Below are positions 17,640-26,486 of a DNA stretch of 27,177 nucleotides, one piece after another; position 1 is the first letter of the stretch, and every line of letters begins with the position of its first letter. Below the pieces are notes generated by a model that worked only from the letters and a program-made list of their open reading frames with translations, did no database searches and was not told the origin of the DNA. This stretch comes from Thermoproteota archaeon (GTDB taxonomy: Archaea; Asgardarchaeota; Njordarchaeia; Njordarchaeales; Panguiarchaeaceae): contig JANJXX010000011.1 in the NCBI GenBank assembly GCA_024720975.1, positions 1-27,177 on the forward strand, written 5' to 3'. A program made the position numbers and the translations under genes.

Positions 17640-18808
17640 CACAAGTAAATGGGTTCTTCGGGAGCTTTAACCAGTCTCTCGATACCACTATCGAGTACTA
17701 TAACGTCATCTTCCAATCGAATGCCAAATTCCTTTTCAAAATATAATGCGGGTTCTACCGTGTAGGCTACATTTCCGGGGATTCTTTTATTGACAACCTT
17801 ATAGCTCAGTGTGGGACCAACGTCGTGGACATTGATACCTAGAGCATGACCAAGCGTATGGATAAAGTATTTTTCTGGATCAAATCCATGCCTTTGAAAT
17901 GTTTTCCTGGCTGCAATATCAGGTTCAGAGAACGTTGCTCCGACTTTGATAGTCGAAATAGCTTCATTCTGTGCCTCAACAACTGCATTGTAAGTCATTT
18001 TAATCTTATTAGATGGGCTTCCAATGACTAAACATCGGGTGATATCTGAACACATGGTAAGGTATCTAACTCCAAAATCAATGTATAGTATATCGTTTGT
18101 TTCAAGTTTTCTTTCAGAAACAACATGATGGGGGTTTGCAGTATTAGGCCCTGAGGCAACGATGATATCAAATGAAGGTTCTCCTATTTTATATATCTCA
18201 CCATAAAACTTCGCTGCAATTTCTCTCTCAGTCATACCGGGCTTAATCACACCTTCGTTGACTATGCTATCAAAAATATTCATTGTTAGTTTTACGCAGT
18301 TTCTTAAAGCCTCAAGCTCCTCTGGCGTTTTTGTTTGTCTCAGCTCATAAACGAAACGACCGGCGGGTCTAAGCTCGATTTCGTATATCTCTGCAAAATG
18401 CATTATCTTTTTTGTGAGTGCGTAGCTTAATGATGATGCGTGAGGATAAAGTTCACTTGCTGAAAAATTGGCTAGAATTCTCCTACCAGAGTACTCAGCG
18501 AGAATCTTTTTAATTTCTCTCTCAAATTCATCATACCCATAGAAGGTATGAATCTCACTCTCGCGGACTAATATATCTTCTAGATGTCCAATGAAGCTGC
18601 GTTCGAGGCGTCCGATGAATATATGTAATCCTTCCTCATACAAAAGTGCCCCCATAAGCCCATGTGCATGTAGTCCGAGTAGGTAATCGATATTAGTATC
18701 GCTAATGCCACTTGATATAACCAGCCAGAGATCCCCATACTTCTTAATCAAATTCCTTGCTTTCTCTAATCTAGATTTTAGAATTCTTACAAGTTTGTTT
18801 TCAGTCAA
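17639..18808 (-). CDS. M24 family Xaa-Pro aminopeptidase/dipeptidase
   Basis: R..KT.EE, PHH, IDFG, CSDITR, HTLGHALGINVHD, TVEPALY, GIRLEDD; TTG start after SD GGTGA. Confidence 0.93.
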   Translation of the reverse strand: MTENKLVRILKSRLEKARNLIKKYGDLWLVISSGISDTNIDYLLGLHAHGLMGALLYEEGLHIFIGRLERSFIGHLEDILVRESEIHTFYGYDEFEREIKKILAEYSGRRILANFSASELYPHASSLSYALTKKIMHFAEIYEIELRPAGRFVYELRQTKTPEELEALRNCVKLTMNIFDSIVNEGVIKPGMTEREIAAKFYGEIYKIGEPSFDIIVASGPNTANPHHVVSERKLETNDILYIDFGVRYLTMCSDITRCLVIGSPSNKIKMTYNAVVEAQNEAISTIKVGATFSEPDIAARKTFQRHGFDPEKYFIHTLGHALGINVHDVGPTLSYKVVNKRIPGNVAYTVEPALYFEKEFGIRLEDDVIVLDSGIERLVKAPEEPIYL

Positions 18809-18839
18809 GAACCTTCACCAATCCTTAAAAGCTGTGCCA

Positions 18840-18886
18840 TTAAATAAAGTGTAACTGAATAAATCCTATTAGAAATTCTAGGTGAC
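18840..18886 (+). promoter_or_regulatory. hsp20 promoter region: TATA-like box, interrupted palindrome and SD
   Basis: TTAAATAA 18840-18847; TAGAA-A-TTCTA 18870-18880; GGTGA 18881-18885. Confidence 0.5.
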
Positions 18887-18891
18887 TCTCA

Positions 18892-19467
18892 ATGAATAAC
18901 AGGAAAGATGACGATAAAAAAAGGAAGCGAGAATACAGAGATATAGACGACCTCATGGAGGACGTTTTCAAGGATTTCTTCGAGCGGCCAATGCGGCTCA
19001 GTGACATACTTGAGGAGTTCAACAAAATGATTCAAAGATTCTTTAGTGATCTACAGAAAACAGAGCGTGAATTATTTGGCGAACATAAACCACTTAAGCG
19101 TTACACATGGGGGTTCTCCATTGTAATTCCACCAACAGGACCCCCACTAATTCAGCCATTCGGTAATGTAAGGACCTCAAAAGAACCCGAAGAGAAGAAA
19201 GTAGAGATACGAAGATCAGAAGAGTATGAACCCCTAGCAACGGTTTATGAAGAAGATGGTAATGTGAGAGTGATAGTAGATCTTCCTGGAGCAGAGGAGG
19301 ATAAAATCAATGTTGATGCTACCGAGAGTAAGGTAGTTATAAGGGCAGAGGGAGCAGGCAGGAAGTATTACAAAGAGATAGAATTGCCTAAGAAAGTGAA
19401 ACCCAAACCTGTAAAAGCATCATTTAAGAATGGAATCCTCGAGTTAGAGTTTGAAGAAAAAAGGTAA
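18892..19467 (+). CDS. hsp20: Archaeal small heat shock protein Hsp20
   Basis: WGFSI.I.P.G.P.I..FGNV region, then alpha-crystallin domain (EPL..V, VIVDLPG, RKYYKEIELP, ASFKNGILE). Confidence 0.95.
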   Translation: MNNRKDDDKKRKREYRDIDDLMEDVFKDFFERPMRLSDILEEFNKMIQRFFSDLQKTERELFGEHKPLKRYTWGFSIVIPPTGPPLIQPFGNVRTSKEPEEKKVEIRRSEEYEPLATVYEEDGNVRVIVDLPGAEEDKINVDATESKVVIRAEGAGRKYYKEIELPKKVKPKPVKASFKNGILELEFEEKR

Positions 19468-19570
19468 ATTTCCTTCAAAGAACCATTAAAGTTTGATCTT
19501 TAGCACTATTTTGGTGTAACATTCTGTTAAAGCTACTGAGCACACATCACATACAGCATTATCCAAGGAG

Positions 19571-21076
19571 ATGATGAACATGGAAAAGAATGTATCTCTA
19601 GATGATATTGTGAACATAGCAAAACGGCGTGGGTTAATATTTCCATCAAGTGAGATATATGGGGGCCTGGCTGGATTTTATGATTATGGGCCTATAGGTT
19701 TTGAAATAAAGCGTAGAATAATCGACGATTGGTGGTGGAACTTCGTGATCTCACGTGATGATGTCTATGGAATATCACCGGCCATAATATTATCACCAGC
19801 CGTTTGGAAAGCCTCAGGGCATGTTGATGAATTTATTGACATACTAGTAGAATGTACTAAATGCAAATCTCGTTTCAAGGCAGAAACTTTACTGGAGGAT
19901 CTAGGCATAAAAATCAGCGACTTTTCGATGGAGTCCATAAAAAATTCACTGCGTGATAACAATGCCAGATGTCCTAAATGCGGCGGGGAACTTTCAGAAC
20001 CGCGACGTTTTAATTTAATGGTAGAAGCTCATGTTGGTGCCGTCAAGGACGAAAGCTCCGTTATTTACCTCAGACCCGAAATTGCACAAGGGATGTTCAT
20101 AAATTTCAAGCTAATATCAGCAATCACGGGCGCAAAATTACCCTTTGGAATTGCTAGCTATGGTAAAGTCTTCAGAAATGAAATAGCTCCGCGGGGCTTT
20201 ATATTTCGGTTGAGGGAATTCGAAATAGCCGAAATTGAGTATTTCATAGATCCAGACGAGCAAAATTCATGTGAGGACTTCCATGAGGTAGATAACATTG
20301 AGATAAAAATCTGGACGAAAGAAGAACAAAAGAGAAATCTAAAGCCTAAGGAAAGAAAACTCGGTGACGCATACAACGAAGGTGTCTTTTCTAGCATGTG
20401 GCATGCTTACTGGGTTGGAGAGTCGGTGAAATGGCTCGAGAGTATAGGATTAAGTCCCGAAAATTTGAGACTGAGAGAGCATTTAGAAACTGAGCTAGCA
20501 CATTACGCGAAGCAAACTTTCGACATAGAATACTACTTTCCATACTTTGGATGGAAAGAAATTGTGGGAATAGCTAATAGAACTGACTATGATCTGCGAA
20601 GGCACTCTAAAACCAGTGGGGAAAAATTGTATCTTGTTAAGGATGGCAAACAATTTTTCCCCTACTGCATCGAGCCTTCATTTGGTATTGACCGTATATT
20701 TCTAGCAGTAATTACTGAGGCCTATACTGTTAGGGAAGATGGAAAAGTGATCCTTAGATTGCATCCTAAAGTAGCTCCATATGATGCTGTAATAGTTCCT
20801 CTTCTTAAGAGACCTGAATTTATAGCCAAGGCAGAGGAAATAAATAGGATGCTAAAACGCGAAAGACTGGCCACATACGTTGATGTTTCGGGTAGAGTTG
20901 GGAAAGCGTACGTTAAGGCAGATGAGTTTGGCGTGCCTTATGCAATAACAATTGATCATGAAACATTCGAAAATGATACCGTAACGATAAGATTTAGAGA
21001 CACAAGAGAGCAAATTAGAGTTCCAATAACTGAATTACCGATAAGAATAAGAGAGTTAAGTAAAACAACTGTATGA
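19571..21076 (+). CDS. glyS: Glycyl-tRNA synthetase (homodimeric archaeal/eukaryotic type)
   Basis: KRRG.IFPSSEIYGG, YDYGP.G, WKASGHVDEF.D, LRPE.AQG.F.NF, FRNEI.PR..IFRLREF, ELAHYA, IEPSFG.DR, DEFGVPY.ITID. Confidence 0.97.
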   Translation: MMNMEKNVSLDDIVNIAKRRGLIFPSSEIYGGLAGFYDYGPIGFEIKRRIIDDWWWNFVISRDDVYGISPAIILSPAVWKASGHVDEFIDILVECTKCKSRFKAETLLEDLGIKISDFSMESIKNSLRDNNARCPKCGGELSEPRRFNLMVEAHVGAVKDESSVIYLRPEIAQGMFINFKLISAITGAKLPFGIASYGKVFRNEIAPRGFIFRLREFEIAEIEYFIDPDEQNSCEDFHEVDNIEIKIWTKEEQKRNLKPKERKLGDAYNEGVFSSMWHAYWVGESVKWLESIGLSPENLRLREHLETELAHYAKQTFDIEYYFPYFGWKEIVGIANRTDYDLRRHSKTSGEKLYLVKDGKQFFPYCIEPSFGIDRIFLAVITEAYTVREDGKVILRLHPKVAPYDAVIVPLLKRPEFIAKAEEINRMLKRERLATYVDVSGRVGKAYVKADEFGVPYAITIDHETFENDTVTIRFRDTREQIRVPITELPIRIRELSKTTV

Positions 21077-21151
21077 CTTAGCGTTTGCTTCCGGGTTGCG
21101 TAATGTGATATATAGTAATTATTCTCTAATGTAATAACCCTGGGTAGACTC

Positions 21152-22051
21152 TTGGTGAGTTTTCATTTGGGAGAAAAAAGCATACCTATAATAGCTCTAA
21201 AGTGCCCCAAATGTAACGCGGAAATAACTTACGCCCCCGGTGAAGATGATATAAAAGAAATAAATACTGTAGGGATTGCTCGGGTAGGGTTTTTGCACGG
21301 GGATCATGTGCTTCTTGTATGTTTTGATCTGACCGGATTTATAAGAGGTGCATATATCCTATCGCCTGACAAATTAGCCTCCGATATGCGTGTATTCTAT
21401 AAGAATTTTAGAGTGCTTTCGTACCCTAGAATTTCCTTATATGACGTAGAGTTTGCTATAGTGGACCTTAATAAAAAGATGATAGACCTTCGAGCCTCCA
21501 ATCTTCAAAATAGAGACGTACCATCATTAATGGATTATGTGGAGTCGTACAGACCTCTAATCAAGCGATCTCATAGACGAGTAGGCATAGCCGGACGCGG
21601 CTATTCAATCTATGAACATAACAATATAGTCGTAGTTTATAACAACGTGCAACCTGAGATGATAGAACAGATTTTCTCTAATCTTGTGGTCGATGATTTT
21701 GACTTAATGTCGCTATTGCTTCCTATAGGATACACGCGTTCGAGTAAGTTGAGTAGAGACTCTCCGGACTTCAAGGAGAGATTAGACTTGCTGATTAAGG
21801 CAAATAAAATAAAAATTCGGGCCAAAAAGGAGTTCAACGCCATAAGATTTGCTAGGGCCAGCATTATTGCCCTCTGGCCGGATCTAACGGAAATATTTGA
21901 CTCAACAGTATCATATCTAAATACTAGGGGAAATGAAGGAGTTACGCTTGTTGAGCTAATATCTAAGTATCCAAACATTGATTTCGATAGCTTCTACGAG
22001 ATGCTGCGAGAGCTTCTTAAGAGAGACATCATAGAAATGAGTATCCAGTGA
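21152..22051 (+). CDS. Hypothetical protein with N-terminal CxxC...HxxH zinc-binding module and probable C-terminal winged helix
   Basis: LKCPKC...FLHGDHVLLVCFD..GFIRG; C-terminal VTLVELISKY...FYEMLRELLKRDII resembles a wHTH. Confidence 0.7.
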   Translation: MVSFHLGEKSIPIIALKCPKCNAEITYAPGEDDIKEINTVGIARVGFLHGDHVLLVCFDLTGFIRGAYILSPDKLASDMRVFYKNFRVLSYPRISLYDVEFAIVDLNKKMIDLRASNLQNRDVPSLMDYVESYRPLIKRSHRRVGIAGRGYSIYEHNNIVVVYNNVQPEMIEQIFSNLVVDDFDLMSLLLPIGYTRSSKLSRDSPDFKERLDLLIKANKIKIRAKKEFNAIRFARASIIALWPDLTEIFDSTVSYLNTRGNEGVTLVELISKYPNIDFDSFYEMLRELLKRDIIEMSIQ

Positions 22052-22080
22052 GCTTAAGTTTTCTGGCGATTAATTATTAG

Positions 22081-22665
22081 CTAAAGCTCTTTAATGGCCC
22101 TTTGGAATAAATTTTCATCTATTTTCCCAGCGTCTAGTAGAATTTTCAGAACTTCTGGTCCTGTGAGCAAATATCTCAGTTTTACACCGAGCTCCCTAAG
22201 GACATTTAGTGGAGTGTCGTTTCTCATAACTATCACGGCAGCATCAGTGACGTTGCCACCCTCCTCTCTTAGATGTTCAATTGCTTGAGCCAAGGAATCT
22301 CCAGTAGTTGCTACGTCGTCCACAACTAGAACACTTTTTCCCTGAACCAGCCCAACCACCAAATCTTTGGCTCCGTATTCTTTTCTTTCCTTGCGCACAT
22401 ATGCAAGTGGCTTGTTAAGGGAGAATGAAACGAAAGACGCTAGTGGTATACCGCCTGTTGCTATGCCGCAAATAACGTCAAATTTGAGTCCAGTCAGACA
22501 GTTTTTAATAAATGCCTCGGTGATTTCCTTAAATAACTGAGGGAAACTTGGGAGGATCTTAAGATTTATGTAAAAGCATGACCGCCTGCCAGAAGATAGT
22601 GTAAATTCACCAAACTTTATCATTCCCTTATCGTAAAGTTCGAGAACTATATCCTTCATTTTCAC
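22081..22665 (-). CDS. pyrE: Orotate phosphoribosyltransferase
   Basis: GEFTLSSGR.S.FYI, GIP.A, VRKE.K.YG, PRPP motif VLVVDDVATTG.S. Confidence 0.97.
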   Translation of the reverse strand: MKMKDIVLELYDKGMIKFGEFTLSSGRRSCFYINLKILPSFPQLFKEITEAFIKNCLTGLKFDVICGIATGGIPLASFVSFSLNKPLAYVRKERKEYGAKDLVVGLVQGKSVLVVDDVATTGDSLAQAIEHLREEGGNVTDAAVIVMRNDTPLNVLRELGVKLRYLLTGPEVLKILLDAGKIDENLFQRAIKEL

Positions 22666-22744
22666 ACTCTACACCTAAGGCGAGATAATAGTACCCACTT
22701 TTAAGATTAAAAGACGGATTTATTCCAAAGTTAGAGGGGTTGAA

Positions 22745-23581
22745 GTGGACTGGATTGGTGAAGATAACAGCCGAATTGGAGTTAGTATTAGGTTAGGCCT
22801 CAAGCAAATTATCCACAAAAAAACTTCAAAGTACTTCAGCAGCATAATAATCGCTGATACAACACTCGGAAGAACACTTTTACTCAGCCAAAACGGCGAC
22901 CTAACAATTCAAACAGCAGAATTATATGACTTCTACGACGAGATAGCTGCACATGTTCCAATGACAGCCCACCCAAATCCCAGTAGAGTACTGATTATTG
23001 GTGGAGGTGATGGCGTCATTTTGAGAGAAGTTCTAAAGTATAAAACCGTTAAGGAGGTCTTTCTTGTGGAGATAGATCAATCAGTAATCAAAGTTTCGAA
23101 AGAGTTTCTTAGATTAGATAATGGTGCATTTAATGATCCGCGTGTTAAGATAATCATAAGCGATGCGGCAGAATTCCTAAAAGAGACAAACTTAAAGTTC
23201 GATGTGATCATAGGTGATTATTCAGACCCTTATCCAGACACCCCGGCAGGATCTCTCATGAGTGGAGAATTCTACAGAAACCTAAAGAAAGCCACAATGC
23301 CTGACAGTATTACCGTTTTACAGACTGGATCGCCACTCTTTCAGAGGGAAATATTTTGCAAGATATATCGGCACTTAAAAGCACTATTCCAAAAAGTAAA
23401 ACCCTTCTGGATTATCGTGCCGTATTACCCAGGTGGTTTGTGGACATTCATTGCGGCAAGCGATGAAACAGATCCTGCAGAACCTGTTCGCGAGCCCCCA
23501 GCCGATACAATTTTCTATAACACCGAGATCCATAAATGTGTCTTCTGTTTGCCTCAATTTATGCGTGATCTTATAAAGTAG
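22745..23581 (+). CDS. speE: Polyamine aminopropyltransferase (spermidine synthase family)
   Basis: HVPM..HPNP..VLIIGGGDG..LREV, VEID, DPRV, FDVII.D.SDP, P.YPGG.W, YN.EIH...F.LP. Confidence 0.93.
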   Translation: MDWIGEDNSRIGVSIRLGLKQIIHKKTSKYFSSIIIADTTLGRTLLLSQNGDLTIQTAELYDFYDEIAAHVPMTAHPNPSRVLIIGGGDGVILREVLKYKTVKEVFLVEIDQSVIKVSKEFLRLDNGAFNDPRVKIIISDAAEFLKETNLKFDVIIGDYSDPYPDTPAGSLMSGEFYRNLKKATMPDSITVLQTGSPLFQREIFCKIYRHLKALFQKVKPFWIIVPYYPGGLWTFIAASDETDPAEPVREPPADTIFYNTEIHKCVFCLPQFMRDLIK

Positions 23582-24292
23582 ATGGTTGCAGTGAGACTGA
23601 AAGACTTAAAAAATAAAAGCAGGATAATTCTTGCTCTTGATGATCCAGGAAAGCTAAAGGAAAAGAAACTTCTAACGAATATTGCTAACGAAGTGGCAGG
23701 GGTGAAAATAGGCTTACCGTTGGTTTTATCCAGAGAATCAAGTGATATTATCAACACATTGAGCGATGCTGGTGCATATATCCTTGCTGACTTCAAACTC
23801 GCTGACATACCGTACGTAATGATAAAGACTATAGAAGGTATTATGGATTATGTAAACGGCGTGATTTCACATGCCTTTATCGGCCGCGAAGCTATAGCTC
23901 AATTACTTGAGTTTCTACGAAAGCATGAAATTGAACTCTTTTTAGTGGTTGCTATGACTCATAAAGGCGCTGAGGAATTTATAAACAGTCTTGCTGAAAA
24001 ATTCATTCACATCGCTAGAGAGCTTGGCGTTTCAGGTGTTGTGGCCCCAGCAACATTCCCTGAAAAAATATGTCTAGCTCGGAATTTGTTAGGAGATGCG
24101 ATTATACTATCGCCTGGAGTGGGGGCTCAAGGTGCTGAGGTGGGATCAGCGATAAAACATGGTGCTGATTTTGAAATCATTGGAAGATTGATAACAGAGA
24201 GCGAGAATCCTTTAGTTGAGGTTAATAGGATAAACAGAATCCATCTTTCGATACTTAGTTCTCTCAATTCAAACTATCGTAAATTCTCTTGA
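23582..24292 (+). CDS. pyrF: Orotidine-5'-phosphate decarboxylase
   Basis: IILALD, KIG, DFKLADIP, MTH, V.PAT, SPGVGAQG, IIGR; ATG directly abuts the speE stop. Confidence 0.96.
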   Translation: MVAVRLKDLKNKSRIILALDDPGKLKEKKLLTNIANEVAGVKIGLPLVLSRESSDIINTLSDAGAYILADFKLADIPYVMIKTIEGIMDYVNGVISHAFIGREAIAQLLEFLRKHEIELFLVVAMTHKGAEEFINSLAEKFIHIARELGVSGVVAPATFPEKICLARNLLGDAIILSPGVGAQGAEVGSAIKHGADFEIIGRLITESENPLVEVNRINRIHLSILSSLNSNYRKFS

Positions 24293-25571
24293 AGTACTCT
24301 TCCAGAGATAGATTTTTCATTTTAGCGAATTTTCTTGCAGACTTGGTTATTCCAGTAGAGTACTGTATTGCTTTCTTCGGGATGAATGCTATCTCACTGG
24401 GGATCCCCAAACGGATCGCCGCAAGTCGTAGTACATATTTCCTGACGCCGTTATTGATTTTTAATTTAGGTGTAAGCATCAGGGAGAAATTTACGATGTC
24501 ATCGTCTAAGTAAGGTAATCTTAGATCCAGATGATTAGAAGCAGCAATGCACTCGTCGCGTTCTAAATTTTTGGCACTTAGGGTCAGAATATCAATGAAA
24601 TTATTCAAAAGGAACTCGCCTGGTGACATTTTCAAGTATTTCGCATAGCCTCCAAAAAGTTCATCGGCTCCTTGTCCAGTGAATATGACTTTAAACTTTT
24701 CATCACGTATCATTTCACAAGCAGCATAAATGGGGGTGCCTATGAGAACTTTTAGTGGATTCCAATCATCAATTACATAAATCGTTTTCTCTAGGTAATA
24801 CTCCAGTTCCTCAGGTTGAATTACTCTTATCCTTAGAGGAAGTTTAAGTGCATCTGCAATTTTTTTTGCTAGCGCATAGTCATGGGATTCAGGCATCGCA
24901 GCTACGAATAGGTGAACGTCTGCAAATTGTGAAGTTACCTTGGCAATTACTGTAGAGTCTAGGCCACCGGAAAACAAAATAGCAATTTCATCAGATGTTA
25001 GTCTTTCAACAGATTTCATAATAAGTTCCGACAGAATCCGGGCAGCCTCGCTCTCAGTCATCTCCACTATTCCTGGCCTCTTTAGAACCTTAATTGGTCT
25101 CAGATAAATTCCATCCTTACGAGCTATCAAAGCACTGCCGGGTGGGAGTCTAATTGGATTAACTAAGCCCTTAAGGGCCCTTCTTTCAGAAGCGAATACT
25201 AAGTAATCATCAGTGTATCCATAAAATAGAGGCCGTAGCCCTATCCTATCGCGGTGGATACATAGTTCAGTTCCATTAGTTAAGGCTAGAGCATAATATC
25301 CAGCTAGATTCTCAATTTTTAGCCCGCTTTGGAGAATCTCACTCAAATTGAATACTTTTCCACTCAGCACGAGGTGTGTATCACTGGCTTTAATTGCTCC
25401 TAAGTCAGCTGGTTCTGTGTAAAATTGCATTAAGTTTATCTCTCCTACTGCAGAGGATAACTTCATTGCGAATACATTTCCTCGATGCGTAAGTCTGCGC
25501 GAAATTTCACCAGCAATTTCCTCTGGATCGACCGTATTGGAAAATGTAACAACGCCGGCAATACCTGTCAA
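24264..25571 (-). CDS. asnB: AsnB-like N-type ATP pyrophosphatase/amide ligase with degenerate glutaminase domain
   Basis: xGIAG, HRG and RD.IG.RPLFY in the Ntn domain; PP-loop FSGGLDS, TGQGADELFGGY, NLERD, R.PYLD, RKYVLR, KKAIQY. N-terminus reads M-T-G-I-A-G rather than M-C-G-I. Confidence 0.88.
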   Translation of the reverse strand: MTGIAGVVTFSNTVDPEEIAGEISRRLTHRGNVFAMKLSSAVGEINLMQFYTEPADLGAIKASDTHLVLSGKVFNLSEILQSGLKIENLAGYYALALTNGTELCIHRDRIGLRPLFYGYTDDYLVFASERRALKGLVNPIRLPPGSALIARKDGIYLRPIKVLKRPGIVEMTESEAARILSELIMKSVERLTSDEIAILFSGGLDSTVIAKVTSQFADVHLFVAAMPESHDYALAKKIADALKLPLRIRVIQPEELEYYLEKTIYVIDDWNPLKVLIGTPIYAACEMIRDEKFKVIFTGQGADELFGGYAKYLKMSPGEFLLNNFIDILTLSAKNLERDECIAASNHLDLRLPYLDDDIVNFSLMLTPKLKINNGVRKYVLRLAAIRLGIPSEIAFIPKKAIQYSTGITKSARKFAKMKNLSLEEYFKRIYDSLN

Positions 25572-25607
25572 AACCAGAGAAAAACACCTATAGTGATTGT
25601 GTCTCTT

Positions 25608-26483
25608 TTATATTAAGAAATAGACTGGCTTGCATGCTTTAAGGGATTCAATTGAGCTCTCTAGTGCGTTTAGAAGAGCTCCACTATTGAACGTCTCAAT
25701 ACAAATTGTCGCACAAAACTGTCCAGTGCGCAATTGAACTTTGTTGCGTTCAATTATAATCTGCTCAATCTGACTTAAATCAAGATTGCAGAGGGTTTGA
25801 ACGATCATCTCAAGAACTTTAGAGCGCTCCGATGCATCTGGCTCCACCACGACTGATGGTATTTTCTCAGATAGTCTTATAATATAATCCAGCATAAAGG
25901 TGCTATCAGTTGCGTTTGGTCGCATTATTCTAATTTCCCCCAACCTACGGTCGACAATTATCATATGATGCTCTGACTCAAAAACCTTAATAGTGTTAAA
26001 ATCTTGAATTAGCTGTGGTCTTTGGAGCAAGAATTGTCCCAACTTAGAGTCTAGCTGTAATCTTTTGTTACTTATCTCGTACTTCTGGATAATACTTACT
26101 GCCGGCTCGATGGCTTCTGGAGTAAGCAAATTAACTTGAAAATCTTCGCATTCATTAGCCCGAGTCAGCAAGTTCTCGATGAGTCTTGCTGTAGCTTCAG
26201 TTTCCAAAAAGTTTCGATCTATGAATACAGTGACTTGAGAGTTAAGCAAAAAGTAGAATCCAACGCGTTGCGAAGCGCCTTCTAGAATTAGATGGTAACT
26301 CTTAGATTTGGACAGGGCATTAATAATGTTGGCTAAATACTTCGTAGGAACGTCGTCTACAGTTTCAATAATAGCCTTACCCGTCGAACTTATGTATTTC
26401 GATATTATGTTTGTTATTTCGGTCCTCTGACCCTTAAGTTTGACTATTTGTCCCGCGCGTACTTCTATTAGCGTGTACTTCAT
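25608..26483 (-). CDS. Hypothetical protein between the Ubl and AsnB-like genes
   Basis: 291-codon ORF with ATG 3 nt after the Ubl stop; no recognised motif. Confidence 0.75.
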   Translation of the reverse strand: MKYTLIEVRAGQIVKLKGQRTEITNIISKYISSTGKAIIETVDDVPTKYLANIINALSKSKSYHLILEGASQRVGFYFLLNSQVTVFIDRNFLETEATARLIENLLTRANECEDFQVNLLTPEAIEPAVSIIQKYEISNKRLQLDSKLGQFLLQRPQLIQDFNTIKVFESEHHMIIVDRRLGEIRIMRPNATDSTFMLDYIIRLSEKIPSVVVEPDASERSKVLEMIVQTLCNLDLSQIEQIIIERNKVQLRTGQFCATICIETFNSGALLNALESSIESLKACKPVYFLI

Positions 26484-26486
26484 ATA

